A stretch of 64,000 bases of DNA from an uncultured Nitrospiraceae bacterium. Lineage in GTDB: Bacteria > Nitrospirota > Thermodesulfovibrionia > Thermodesulfovibrionales > UBA6898. The notes below the pieces were generated by a model. The model was given only the letters and a program-made list of their open reading frames with translations, searched no databases and was not told the DNA's origin. The stretch covers positions 155,047-219,046 of the forward strand of contig CAZDLA010000001.1 in assembly GCA_964506525.1 (NCBI GenBank), written 5' to 3'. The position numbers were made by a program, and so were the translations under genes. Shown piece by piece: positions 46,019 to 56,282 of the stretch (its first letter is position 1; each line of letters begins with the position of its first letter).

Positions 46019-46570
46019 TTACGCGTTTCCTGATCGTTCGGAATAGCGTTGAAAATCAACGCCGATAAGCCTTGCTGCATATCGCCATCGCTCCGCAGGC
46101 TTTACGGAGAAGACAACATCTGCGTCCAGAGGCGCCACAAGCCAGCCGTCTGTCATGAGTTCTTCCTCGAGCTGGTTGGCAACCCACCCAGCATAACCAA
46201 GAGAGAAAAAGTAACGCTGAGGCCCCTTGCCATTGAGAATATCCTGAAGCAGCTCTCTGGATGAGGTCACGCCGATATTCTTCGCTATTTTCAATGAACC
46301 GTATTTCTTTCTAAAGGGTGCATAAATGATATAACCCTGTTCGGGCTGCACAGGGCCGCCATAGTATACCGGCATGTCGACAAAACCTTTTTCGAGATCT
46401 GACCGGAAGGGAAATGATTGAAAGCTTTCAGTGATCACCCTGTTGACCACGATACCAAAGGCTCCGGCATCAGTATGGTCGCACAACAGCACCACGGTCT
46501 GGCTGAAATGAGGATCATCCAGGCCTGGCGAGGCTATCAGGAAATTACCAGTTAGGCTATGCATTTTCAT
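46019..46570 (-). CDS. yqgE: YqgE/AlgH family protein (UPF0301)
   Basis: From the ATG at 46570: MKMHSLTGNFLIASPGLDDPHFSQTVVLLCDH...GAFGIVVNR...YYGGPV. The track N-terminal extension to 46702 overlaps the divergent apgM start and is rejected. Confidence 0.75.
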   Translation of the reverse strand: MKMHSLTGNFLIASPGLDDPHFSQTVVLLCDHTDAGAFGIVVNRVITESFQSFPFRSDLEKGFVDMPVYYGGPVQPEQGYIIYAPFRKKYGSLKIAKNIGVTSSRELLQDILNGKGPQRYFFSLGYAGWVANQLEEELMTDGWLVAPLDADVVFSVKPAERWRYAARLIGVDFQRYSERSGNA

Positions 46571-46659
46571 ATTATATATCGATTCCGGCACTACTATAGC
46601 ACACTTATTTATTCTGCACTTGTTGAAAAGATACCTTACTTTACAGTAATATTCAACCC

Positions 46660-47868
46660 ATGCAGAAACTCCTAAGAAGCCTTGCGCAAAAGAATAGCTC
46701 AAAGATCGTGCTTGTGGTTCTTGACGGCCTTGGCGGCCTTCCGGTCAACGGAAAGACCGAGCTCGAGACAGCGGTAACACCGAACATGGACAGCCTCGCC
46801 CGCACATCAGCCTGCGGCCTGCATACCCCGGTTGCACCGGGCATTACACCCGGCAGCGGCCCTGGCCATCTTTCTCTTTTCGGGTATGATCCGCTTGAGT
46901 TTCAGATCGGCAGAGGGATCCTTGAGGCACTCGGCCTTGGTATTGAGATCAGAAAGACTGATGTGGCGGTCAGATGCAACTATGCGACCATCAAGGATGA
47001 CCTTATCACTGACCGGAGAGCCGGAAGAATACCGACCGAGCAAAGCAGAAAACTGACTGAACGTCTGCAGAAAGAGATCACAAGAATCGACAATGCTGAA
47101 ATAACCTTTGCGCCCGGCATGGAGCACCGCTTTGCCGTGATCATGAGGTTTCCTGAGGATCTTGCGAACGACGCGGCACATATCCCTGACACAGACCCGC
47201 AGATGGAAGGAAAGGCCCCGCTCACCCCTCAGCCGCTTTCAAAGAATGCTGAAAAAGTCGCTGCTGTGGCCGGGAAGGTCATAGCGCAGATACATGAGGT
47301 GTTGAAGAATGAGGAGCGGGCCAACTTCGCTCTTATGAGGGGATTTTCGGTCATGCCCGATATCCCGACCTTTGATCAGGCATATGGCCTTAACGCCCTT
47401 GCTATTGCGACCTATCCTATGTACCGCGGTCTTGCAACGCTTGTCGGCATGCAGGCTCCGGCTCTGGGGGGTTCTGTTGAGGACGAGATCGCATTTCTGA
47501 AAGATCAATATGACAACTATGACTTCTTCTTTCTCCATGTCAAAAAGGTAGATTCGTACGGTGAGGACGGCAATTTTGGGGAAAAGACAAAAAGGATCGA
47601 AGAATTCGATGCACTCCTTCCAAAGATCCTTGCACTGAAGCCAGATGTCCTTGCTATTACCGGTGATCACTCAACACCCGCTCTCATGAAGGGACACAGC
47701 TGGCATCCTGTGCCGATGCTTTTAAGCTCGCCGTATGTTCTTGGCGGTCTCTGCTCATCTTTCTCTGAGCGTGAATGCACAAAGGGAGAATTGGGGATCA
47801 TTCCGACTGTTCAGCTCATGTCGTTCATGCTTGCCAATGCCCTGCGCCTCAAAAAGTTCGGCGCGTAA
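46660..47868 (+). CDS. apgM: 2,3-bisphosphoglycerate-independent phosphoglycerate mutase, archaeal type (ApgM-like)
   Basis: 402 aa. [38 protein letters not shown]. Paralogous to 37537-38745 but not in an amino-acid operon. Confidence 0.7.
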   Translation: MQKLLRSLAQKNSSKIVLVVLDGLGGLPVNGKTELETAVTPNMDSLARTSACGLHTPVAPGITPGSGPGHLSLFGYDPLEFQIGRGILEALGLGIEIRKTDVAVRCNYATIKDDLITDRRAGRIPTEQSRKLTERLQKEITRIDNAEITFAPGMEHRFAVIMRFPEDLANDAAHIPDTDPQMEGKAPLTPQPLSKNAEKVAAVAGKVIAQIHEVLKNEERANFALMRGFSVMPDIPTFDQAYGLNALAIATYPMYRGLATLVGMQAPALGGSVEDEIAFLKDQYDNYDFFFLHVKKVDSYGEDGNFGEKTKRIEEFDALLPKILALKPDVLAITGDHSTPALMKGHSWHPVPMLLSSPYVLGGLCSSFSERECTKGELGIIPTVQLMSFMLANALRLKKFGA

Positions 47869-47894
47869 CGTCCGTGAATCGTAATTCGTGAGCA

Positions 47895-49322
47895 GTGAAC
47901 AGTAAAGACAACAATACCGTTTCCTCTGGCCTAACAGCCCTTGCCCCTCGCCCCTCCATGTCTTTTATAGACACTCACTGTCATCTCGAGATGAAGGAAT
48001 TTGACCCTGACCGTGAAGCAGTGATTCAACGCGCCCGTGAGGCAGGCCTTGAAGCCATGATCACGATAGGCTCTGACCTTGAAGGAACTCTGCAGGGTGT
48101 CAAGCTCGCTGAACAGCATGACTTCATCTACTCCTCTGTCGGCATACATCCCCATGAGGCCAAAGACTTTACGGATCAGACATATGCCCTTCTCAAGGAT
48201 CTTACGCAAAAGCAGAAGGTGATCTCTATCGGAGAGACAGGCCTTGATTATCATTACGATCACTCTCCCAGGGATCTGCAGAAACAAGCCTTCAGAAGAC
48301 AGCTTGAATTGGCGAAGGAGAAAGGCCTGCCCGTTATCATTCATAGCCGTGAAGCAGATGATGACACCATGAATATTGTCCGGGAATCAGGCATCAGTCA
48401 CGGCGTCTTTCACTGCTTCTCCGGAAATACGGATATGGCAGAACAGGTAATGGCATTAGGTTTTTACATCTCTATCGCTGGACCGGTAACCTTCAAGAAG
48501 GCTGTTGGACTGCAGGAGGTTGCCCGAAAGATACCTGACGACTATCTTCTGATCGAAACAGATGCACCCTATCTTACCCCTGAACCGTTCCGGGGCAAGC
48601 GCAATGAACCTGCCTATATTCTTAACACCGCAAAAAAGATCGCAGAGCTAAGAGGTATAAGCCTGCAGGACCTTTCTCGCATCACAACGCTGAACGCCAG
48701 GAGGCTTTTCAGTATAGGCTCGCTCCCTGAAAAAGGAGAGATAACCTACCAGATACGAGACAGTCTGTACCTGAATATCACCAACCGCTGCACCAACAGA
48801 TGCTCATTCTGCGTAAAATTCAGCTCAGATTTTGTAAAAGGCCACAGACTGAGGCTTTCACATGAGCCAACAGTAGAGGAACTGAAGAAAGAGATCGGTG
48901 ATCCTGCGCGGTTCAGGGAGATCGTCTTCTGCGGGTACGGCGAACCCCTTCAGCGGCTCGATGTGGTGAAAGAGATTGCCCGGTGGGTGAAAGAACAGGG
49001 AGGCCGTGTCAGAATTAATACAAATGGACATGCAAACCTGATTCATAAGCGGGACATCATTCCAGAACTGAAAGGGCTTGTCGACAGCATCTCCATAAGC
49101 CTTGATGCACAGGATTCACAGACCTATAACAGGATCTGCAAGCCTTCTTTTCCGGATGCCTATGAAGAGGTTATCAGATTTACGAAAAGGATTAAGGATG
49201 CAGTGCCTGATGTTCAGGTAACGGTCGTGACCCTGCCTGATGTTGATCTGGTAAAATGTGAAGAAATCGCAAAAGAGCTGGGGGTGAAATTCAGGGTCAG
49301 GGAGCTTAATGTTGTCGGGTAG
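47895..49322 (+). CDS. TatD-family hydrolase fused to a TatD-associated radical-SAM domain
   Basis: 475 aa. aa 22-280 are TatD-like (FIDTHCHLE, GIHPH, GETGLDY, IHSR, TDAPYL). aa 290-475 are radical SAM (NRCTNRCSFC, CGYGEP, INTNG). The start may be the ATG at 47958 (MSFIDTHCHL). Confidence 0.75.
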   Translation: MNSKDNNTVSSGLTALAPRPSMSFIDTHCHLEMKEFDPDREAVIQRAREAGLEAMITIGSDLEGTLQGVKLAEQHDFIYSSVGIHPHEAKDFTDQTYALLKDLTQKQKVISIGETGLDYHYDHSPRDLQKQAFRRQLELAKEKGLPVIIHSREADDDTMNIVRESGISHGVFHCFSGNTDMAEQVMALGFYISIAGPVTFKKAVGLQEVARKIPDDYLLIETDAPYLTPEPFRGKRNEPAYILNTAKKIAELRGISLQDLSRITTLNARRLFSIGSLPEKGEITYQIRDSLYLNITNRCTNRCSFCVKFSSDFVKGHRLRLSHEPTVEELKKEIGDPARFREIVFCGYGEPLQRLDVVKEIARWVKEQGGRVRINTNGHANLIHKRDIIPELKGLVDSISISLDAQDSQTYNRICKPSFPDAYEEVIRFTKRIKDAVPDVQVTVVTLPDVDLVKCEEIAKELGVKFRVRELNVVG

Positions 49323-50430
49323 ATAGACCGGCCCAGCCGAGAAATACCTCTACGATCTCAGGATCAAACTGAGAGCCAGAACATCTCTGTATCTCCCTTG
49401 CAGCATCTTCCTTTGACCGCTTCGGCCGGTATGGCCTGTCCGAAGTAAGCGCGTCAAAGGTGTCCGCAACAGACAGGATCCTGGCCAGCAGCGGTATCTC
49501 CTCGTTCTTCAGACCAAAAATACTTTTCCTGCCGTCCCAGTGTTCATGATGGTATTTTATGCCGAGGATAACATCCTTGAACTGTTTCATCTCACCCAAT
49601 ATTTCTGCACCAACACCGGGATGCTTTTTCATCTCCAGCCATTCGCTTTCGCTCAGTGCTTCGTCCTTGTTCAATATCTCTCTTGGAGTAGCTATCTTGC
49701 CGATATCGTGAAGGAGTGAGCAGATTTTCAGCTTCTCAAGCGTATCGCCGTCGAGGTTGAGCAATCTGCCGATAGATATTGCGTACTCCGTGACCCGCTC
49801 CGTATGTCCTGCAGTCCAGTATGAGGTTGCTTCAAGGGCCTTTACCAGAGATTTGATTGCACCGACAAGCAGAGCCTCTAATTCCGTATAAAGAAAAGCG
49901 TTTTCTATGGCAAGGCCTGCCTGAGAGGTGATCGCCATCAGGAGCTTGGTATCGTGAGAAAAGAACTCCTGATCACCCTCTTTATCAGCAACAACAATGG
50001 CACCTACTGTCTTGGCCTTGCCAAGGATGGGGCAGACCATGATAGATTTGATGCCAGGGATATAGTCCCGGTATTCTGAATCTGCAACCCTGCAGAACGC
50101 AGAAGGTTTTTTCGATTCGATCGACTTCCATATGACAGCTTCGTCTTTTGGAAATGTCCGAACAGTATCCCAGATTCCCTTGCAGGTTTTGGTAAAAAGA
50201 AGATCGTTCTTTTCATCGTGAAAGAGAATTGCAGCCGTCTTCACACCAATGGTATCGATCGCCTCATCAATCATGCGGTTACAGATATCATCGATACTGA
50301 GGGACGAAAAGATTCCGGAGACGCGATAAAGCAGCGAGAGTTCCTCATACGCAATACTGAGTTCCTGTATGGTGGCTGCCAGATCCTGCTGATAATCAGG
50401 CTTTTCCAATGATCTCCTGCACCATCTCAA
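49306..50430 (-). CDS. GAF-domain HD-GYP phosphohydrolase (probable c-di-GMP phosphodiesterase)
   Basis: 374 aa. N-terminal GAF-like region. HD-GYP core (LLHDIGKI, HHEHWDG, ADTFDALTSDRPY). TTG start, so the exact start is uncertain. Overlaps the upstream response regulator gene. Confidence 0.75.
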   Translation of the reverse strand: MRWCRRSLEKPDYQQDLAATIQELSIAYEELSLLYRVSGIFSSLSIDDICNRMIDEAIDTIGVKTAAILFHDEKNDLLFTKTCKGIWDTVRTFPKDEAVIWKSIESKKPSAFCRVADSEYRDYIPGIKSIMVCPILGKAKTVGAIVVADKEGDQEFFSHDTKLLMAITSQAGLAIENAFLYTELEALLVGAIKSLVKALEATSYWTAGHTERVTEYAISIGRLLNLDGDTLEKLKICSLLHDIGKIATPREILNKDEALSESEWLEMKKHPGVGAEILGEMKQFKDVILGIKYHHEHWDGRKSIFGLKNEEIPLLARILSVADTFDALTSDRPYRPKRSKEDAAREIQRCSGSQFDPEIVEVFLGWAGLSTRQH

Positions 50431-50764
50431 GAAGTGACCGGGGACTGAAGGGCTTCGTAATGTAACGGCTCACACCGCACTGGATACCCTGCTGTTCATC
50501 AGAATCCTGACCCTTTGCCGTCAGCATGAAAATAGGGATATCCTTCAGTTCAGGATCTGCCTTGATCATCTTGCAAAGATCTATACCGCTCAGTTCAGGC
50601 ATCATCCAGTCGAGGATGATGAGTTCAGGTATATCTTTCTTGATCACCTCAAGGGCATTTCTGCTCTCGCGCAGTGTCGTAACATCGATCTTCGCCTTCT
50701 TGAGCTTGTCCTCTATCATCATCAGGATAAAGGGCTCATCATCGATCACAATAACCTTGCTCAC
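50396..50764 (-). CDS. Single-domain response regulator (CheY-like receiver)
   Basis: 122 aa. VIDDEP, phospho-acceptor context LIILDWMMP, LTAKG, and a conserved Lys (ITKPF). Confidence 0.85.
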   Translation of the reverse strand: MSKVIVIDDEPFILMMIEDKLKKAKIDVTTLRESRNALEVIKKDIPELIILDWMMPELSGIDLCKMIKADPELKDIPIFMLTAKGQDSDEQQGIQCGVSRYITKPFSPRSLLEMVQEIIGKA

Positions 50765-53700
50765 ACAACCTCCCTGTAAGGAATGCTCATTGTTATTTTT
50801 GTTCCCTCGCCGAGCCTGCTCGTAATGTTCATAGTGCCATTGAGCATTACAAGCAACTCATGGCACAGAGCAAGCCCAAGTCCCGTCCCTTTTACCCTGT
50901 CTCCGTGTCTTCCCCGATAAAAACGCTCTGCAAGGTGCGGGATATCCTCATTGGGAATGCCCCAACCGTTATCAGCAATGATGATCTCAAGCATGTCATC
51001 ATTCCGCTTTGTATGTACTTCTATAATACACCCTTCATTAGAGAATGTTAACGAGTTATCGATAAAATTTATCAGGAGTTGTTTCATCTTCTCTTCGTCG
51101 GTTACAACAGTTTTGACTTCTCCCGGATCGTATTTCAGGATCGCATTTTTGTTGGCAAGCAACTGCCCAAAAGTCTCAGCAATTCCCTTCATAAGTTCAT
51201 CGAGAACAACAGAGCTGAATTTCAGCGTTTCTTTGCCGCTCTCGATCCGGGCAATGCTCAACAATTCAGTAACCATCTTTGAAAGCCGTGCTCCTTCATT
51301 CCGTATCGTGCTCAGGTAGGTATTCACCTTATCACCCTCCACATCGCCATGGAGGAGCATCTCGGTCATACCCACAATGGCTGAAAGAGGTGTTCTGAAT
51401 TCATGGGAAACAGACCGTATCAGTTCCGTCTTCATCTTGTCCAATTCCTTCTCTCGACTCACATCGCGCACCAGGTTCACGATCCCCGTGACAGTGTTGT
51501 TTCTGTCAAGGATAGGAGAACTTGTGATCGTAACCGGCACCCTATTGCCATAGAGTGTCGTCAGAAGAGAAGATCGCGTCGTTGATATGCTCTGCTTTGC
51601 CTCTTCCACACTTTCTCCGAGGAGCAGACGGAAGGATATGTTCTCATCACTGAACCTGAAAACCTCGCAGACCGGCAGCGTGATCGCTTGTTCAGGACGA
51701 ATACCGGTCATCCTTTCAAAGGCCTGATTTACCGCGATGATACGGCCATTGAGATCAACCGTTATGATGCCCTCCTGCACGCTCTGCAGAATCGTATCAG
51801 CGAGTTCCTTTTCCTTGCCGGCACGGGCATAAAACTCGGAACGCTCTATGGCAACAGAGATCATATTCGTAATGATCTCCATAAAGCGAAGGTCCTCCTC
51901 CCTGAATTCACGGTACAGGGAATAATACAGGGAGCAGACGCCGACGGGCTTTTCTCCGATGAACATCGGCACTGCCATTGCCGAATGATATGCAGAGACA
52001 TCCTGGGCGATATAGAACTTTTCCTCAGACCGGATATCGTTTACCATGATCGGGTGCCGCTTACTGAGAGCGTATTTTTCAAGCGAGCTCACCTCAGCGG
52101 GGTATATGGTCGTTCCTTCCCTGCCCGTTGATTCAGTAGCAAATCTCAGCAAGAGATTAGCGTCCTGATCTTGCGACAGCATCCAGACAAAATCAGCACG
52201 AAAGACCTTCTTTATGAGAGCAAGCACCTGCATCATGCTGTCGCCGATATCTGCCGCAGCCCCAAGCTTGGCTGATATGTGAAGAAGCTGCTGGTGCTCG
52301 TCAGCCCATCTGTTTCTCTGCTGTTCGAACAGGGAACGCATCCTGTCGTAGAGCCTGATATTCTCAAGCGCCATGCCGGTCATTTCACCTATTGCAGAAA
52401 GTATGTTCTCTTCTTCACCGGTAAAAAGATGCGGATTAAAACTGAAAAGGCAGAAAACACCAATGATCCTCTCCTTGCCCTTTATCGGGAAGCAGCAGTA
52501 TCCTCTCATGCCGGAATGTTTCATGACCGAACGCTCTATCCTCTCATCCTTAGAGATATCCGACGTAGTCATAATCTGTCCTGTTACCGCAACCTTGCCA
52601 GGTATATCGTCGCCGAGCCTTATTCTGCCGAGCATCTTCACATAGTCTTCTGAAATGCCTTTGTGGTACTGGCAATTCATCTCTTTGGAAGCCTCATCGA
52701 GAAAGAAGATGCCGCCGCCGTCCATGCCTATCATCTCGATCATCTTGTCAAGAACCTTGGCGAATATCTCATCAGGCTTGAGCGATCGGTTCAGAATGCT
52801 CGAAATACTGTTGAGCGAGATCAATTCCTTGTTCTTCTGAATGATCTGTTCTTCACTCTTCATCTTGTCCGTAATATCACTGAGGAGTTCTATAACATGA
52901 AGCACCTTACCCGAGGGATCAGTGACCGGGCTTGCAATAATCTCATGGTATTTCCTGCTGCCGTCAGGCTCAACATGCTGGTGGACAGTCCGGTGCGTCT
53001 TGCCTGTGGCGAATACGATCTGGGTAGGACATTCATAACCATCGGTCCAGCATGGCACTGACGACCCGTGAAGAGCATGATGACAGAGCTCTCCGGTAAG
53101 ATCACGCTCAGCGTGCATCATGGAAACCTTGTTTGCCGTAATTATCCGGTAATCTTTGTCAATTACGACGATCTCATCAGGGATACTGTTCATGATTGTC
53201 TCAAAATAATCAAGAGACTGCTGAAGATTATTGCGCAGAGTGTTCTGCTCCCTGAAATCCTTCAGGATACCGATCCTCGCCACTATCCTGTCACCGTCAA
53301 AAATAGGCGAACCGCTTATCAGCACCGGAATCTGGACACCATTTTTGGAAAGGATACTGACCTCGTATATGGATGATTCTCCCTTATCCCGTTTCTCTTC
53401 GATCTGCCTTCTGAGGATTGAAACATTCCTGTCGTCAACAAAATCATATACTGACGAACCGAGCATATCCTCGCGCGAGTAACCGAAGAGCTTTGTAAAG
53501 GCCGGGTTGACATCTGTTATACGGTCCTCCATATCAACAACCCAAAGGGGATCCAGCATCGCACTGATATACATATCTTTCTTGCCCAACTCCAGCGTTT
53601 TGGTTCTGAGCGATTCTGCCATGGCATTGAAGGTGCGCGTCACATCACCCAGTTCGTCATCTGAAATGACAGGGAGCTTTGTGACGAGCCTGCCCTCCTG

Positions 53701-54006
53701 CAGTGCATGAGAGCCTTCCTGAAGATTCCTGAGCGAGATGAGCATCTTTCTGAGGAAAAAGATGGCCATGATAAAAGAGAGGATTAGAATATAGAAAATG
53801 AAAGGGATCATCTGCTCGACCAATTTAGCAGTGAATTCTTTATGCATAAGACTGTATTCCTCAGACTTAACCTGCTCCAGAGCCTCTTCTTTTTCGATCA
53901 TTTTCTGGACCTGTTTGACTACTGACAGGGAGAAGGGAACAATGATCATCATGGCAAAGATCAGAAGAACAGCGATAAATCGGTAGAGAATCTTCGTCTT
54001 GAACAT
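50761..54006 (-). CDS. Multi-sensor histidine kinase (2 TM, HAMP, PAS, PAS, GAF, GAF, PAS, HisKA, HATPase_c)
   Basis: H-box SVSHEFRTPLSAI. N/G boxes (NFIDNSLTF, DNGWGI, GTGLGLAL). ATG at 54006 (MFKTKILYRF) shares one base with the upstream stop (TGATG). The track start at 54054 would overlap the upstream gene by 49 nt. Confidence 0.85.
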   Translation of the reverse strand: MFKTKILYRFIAVLLIFAMMIIVPFSLSVVKQVQKMIEKEEALEQVKSEEYSLMHKEFTAKLVEQMIPFIFYILILSFIMAIFFLRKMLISLRNLQEGSHALQEGRLVTKLPVISDDELGDVTRTFNAMAESLRTKTLELGKKDMYISAMLDPLWVVDMEDRITDVNPAFTKLFGYSREDMLGSSVYDFVDDRNVSILRRQIEEKRDKGESSIYEVSILSKNGVQIPVLISGSPIFDGDRIVARIGILKDFREQNTLRNNLQQSLDYFETIMNSIPDEIVVIDKDYRIITANKVSMMHAERDLTGELCHHALHGSSVPCWTDGYECPTQIVFATGKTHRTVHQHVEPDGSRKYHEIIASPVTDPSGKVLHVIELLSDITDKMKSEEQIIQKNKELISLNSISSILNRSLKPDEIFAKVLDKMIEMIGMDGGGIFFLDEASKEMNCQYHKGISEDYVKMLGRIRLGDDIPGKVAVTGQIMTTSDISKDERIERSVMKHSGMRGYCCFPIKGKERIIGVFCLFSFNPHLFTGEEENILSAIGEMTGMALENIRLYDRMRSLFEQQRNRWADEHQQLLHISAKLGAAADIGDSMMQVLALIKKVFRADFVWMLSQDQDANLLLRFATESTGREGTTIYPAEVSSLEKYALSKRHPIMVNDIRSEEKFYIAQDVSAYHSAMAVPMFIGEKPVGVCSLYYSLYREFREEDLRFMEIITNMISVAIERSEFYARAGKEKELADTILQSVQEGIITVDLNGRIIAVNQAFERMTGIRPEQAITLPVCEVFRFSDENISFRLLLGESVEEAKQSISTTRSSLLTTLYGNRVPVTITSSPILDRNNTVTGIVNLVRDVSREKELDKMKTELIRSVSHEFRTPLSAIVGMTEMLLHGDVEGDKVNTYLSTIRNEGARLSKMVTELLSIARIESGKETLKFSSVVLDELMKGIAETFGQLLANKNAILKYDPGEVKTVVTDEEKMKQLLINFIDNSLTFSNEGCIIEVHTKRNDDMLEIIIADNGWGIPNEDIPHLAERFYRGRHGDRVKGTGLGLALCHELLVMLNGTMNITSRLGEGTKITMSIPYREVV

Positions 54007-54953
54007 CAGACCACTGACCTTAAGAGGTAAATGAGAATCAGAACAACCGCCCAAACTGCAAGAATTACAACCAGCGGGGTCATGCCCTCCTGAACTATGG
54101 CATCAAAGTCCACATTATAACCGATGGCACCCAGCCCTGCTGCTATGCATAACGTGCTGACTGTCCTACTGATATCCTGCAATTGCCGCACTAGGGGAGC
54201 CGTATTTACCAGGATGGCGAGCATTAGAAAGATGACCGCAAACCAGGGGATCTTAATATTGGCCTGTGTTCCCCCAGCTTTGAAAGCAACTATGGGCAGA
54301 ACAAAAAAAAGAAATGCGACGCGTACCAGTTTGATCTGAAGCGCGCTGTCAAGGCATTCAGGGCAAATGTTACCTGCAGCCACTCTCACTTGCCCTATCA
54401 TAGGGAGAGTGGTGCCCGTAAAGAAATTGAATTCCTCCTTGCTCAAAAGGAAGAATTCATAGAGAAGAGGATAAAAGATCATGCCGAAGAGGCCGAGCAT
54501 CATAACAGAAAGTATCGAGATGGATGTCTCCTCCCGCTTTGCCCCTATAAGCGGAGAGATAATCGCAATTGCCGATGCTCCGCAGATCGATAGTCCAGAG
54601 GCAAGGAGCAGGGAGAGATTGCTTCCCAGGGAAAAGACGCGGGAAAGTAACAGCGTTCCGACAAAAAGTGCAGAAAAGACGAGGAAAATACTGAATACAA
54701 GCGCAGGCTGGATAGCGCTTACTGAAAGCTGCATTCCATACAGTGCAATCCCGACAGGCAGAAGCACTCTTGTTCCAAAATCCATACCGCTTTCCATTGC
54801 ACTTCGCCTGTTGATAATGTTTCCAATCACCATACCGATGATGATCGAAATAACAAGCGCATCGAAAGATGCATGAAGCGATGAAAGATAAAGGGAAAAT
54901 GCAGAAATCGCGGAGAGAAGGAGAACACCAGGCATGTATGGTATCAGGTTCAT
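54006..54953 (-). CDS. YeiH/UPF0324-family integral membrane protein (putative sulfate-exporter family)
   Basis: 315 aa, about 9-10 hydrophobic helices. The N-terminal pattern (LVISIIIGMVIGN...) resembles the YeiH family. The family call is by resemblance only. Confidence 0.5.
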   Translation of the reverse strand: MNLIPYMPGVLLLSAISAFSLYLSSLHASFDALVISIIIGMVIGNIINRRSAMESGMDFGTRVLLPVGIALYGMQLSVSAIQPALVFSIFLVFSALFVGTLLLSRVFSLGSNLSLLLASGLSICGASAIAIISPLIGAKREETSISILSVMMLGLFGMIFYPLLYEFFLLSKEEFNFFTGTTLPMIGQVRVAAGNICPECLDSALQIKLVRVAFLFFVLPIVAFKAGGTQANIKIPWFAVIFLMLAILVNTAPLVRQLQDISRTVSTLCIAAGLGAIGYNVDFDAIVQEGMTPLVVILAVWAVVLILIYLLRSVV

Positions 54954-55019
54954 GACCGCGTGTATTTTAGCACAATAAGCGATTTTGCACGATGATGAAG
55001 CAGTAGCTCTTTTCCCAGA

Positions 55020-56282
55020 TCAAGCCTGTGCAACAAGAAACGATTCCATATCTGATATCTTTACTTCACCCTGGGCAGCCTCAGCAAGATTCTTCCATTT
55101 TACTGTGCCTGAATGCAATTCATCGTCTCCCACGATAAACAGATGGCGCACTGCCATTCTGTCGGCTCTTCGCATCTGGCTCTTCAGTGAGCTCGCAGCA
55201 TCGCCAACTTCAACCCAGAGCCCTTTTCTTCTCAACTGCTCAGCAAGAACAAGGCATGCACTGCCTGCGGCATTTCCAAGCACAGCAAAAAAAACAGCAG
55301 GAGAAGGCGGCTTTTGGGGCTCAGTCTTCTTCAGCAATTCGATCACCCGCTCCATGCCAAGGGCAAAACCGATTGCAGGAGTTTCAGGTCCACCGAACTC
55401 CTTTACCAACTTGTCATATCTGCCGCCTGCTGCAACGGCATTCTGGGCTCCAAGACTCTGGCTTGTAACCTCAAAGGTGGTCCTGGTGTAGTAATCAAGT
55501 CCCCGCACCATATCTGCATTAAGGGAGTAGGGAACATGAAGAAGTGACAGCAATTCCTGGAGCTTTTCAAAATGTGACCTACAGCCTTCACAGAGATGAT
55601 CAGTTATCTTCGGAGCTCCCTGCCTCTGCTCCCGACAGGTGCTTGCCTTGCAATCAAGGATCCTCAGGGGATTCTTGTCATATCTTCGCTTGCAGTCATC
55701 GCACAGGTGTTCCTTCTTATCGGAAAAGAAACCAAGGAGGGCATCACGATAGCCCGGCCGGCACTGCTCACAGCCGATGGAATTGATCTGAAAGGAGACA
55801 CCTTCAAGTCCGATTCCTGAGAGCAGGCGCTCCAGCATCGCAATGACCTCAGCATCCATGCTGGGGCTTGAATCTGCAAAGGCTTCCACACCGATCTGAG
55901 AGAACTGTCTGAATCTTCCTGACTGGGGCCTTTCGTACCGGAACATGGGGCCGAGATAATAGAACTTCTGCGGAGCAGGAAGTTTATCGAGATGATTTTC
56001 TACATAACTGCGCACAACAGAGGCTGTGCCTTCAGGACGAAGGGAAACGCTTCGGTCCCCCTTATCCGTAAAGGTGTACATCTCCTTTTCGACAATGTCC
56101 GTGCTCTCGCCGATAGAGCGCGCAAAGACTGATGTGGATTCCATGATCGGCGTTCTGATCTCCTGGAATCCATATACCGAAAAGATCTGCCGGGCAGTCT
56201 GCTCCACCTTCTGCCAGAGAAAAATGTCGGGAGGAAGGATATCCTGCATACCCTTCAGGGTCCTGCACTGCTGGCTGCTCAC
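55020..56282 (-). CDS. hisS: Histidine--tRNA ligase
   Basis: 420 aa. GMQDILP, class II motifs (YYLGPMFRYERPQ, GGRYD) and a C-terminal anticodon-binding domain. Confidence 0.95.
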   Translation of the reverse strand: MSSQQCRTLKGMQDILPPDIFLWQKVEQTARQIFSVYGFQEIRTPIMESTSVFARSIGESTDIVEKEMYTFTDKGDRSVSLRPEGTASVVRSYVENHLDKLPAPQKFYYLGPMFRYERPQSGRFRQFSQIGVEAFADSSPSMDAEVIAMLERLLSGIGLEGVSFQINSIGCEQCRPGYRDALLGFFSDKKEHLCDDCKRRYDKNPLRILDCKASTCREQRQGAPKITDHLCEGCRSHFEKLQELLSLLHVPYSLNADMVRGLDYYTRTTFEVTSQSLGAQNAVAAGGRYDKLVKEFGGPETPAIGFALGMERVIELLKKTEPQKPPSPAVFFAVLGNAAGSACLVLAEQLRRKGLWVEVGDAASSLKSQMRRADRMAVRHLFIVGDDELHSGTVKWKNLAEAAQGEVKISDMESFLVAQA

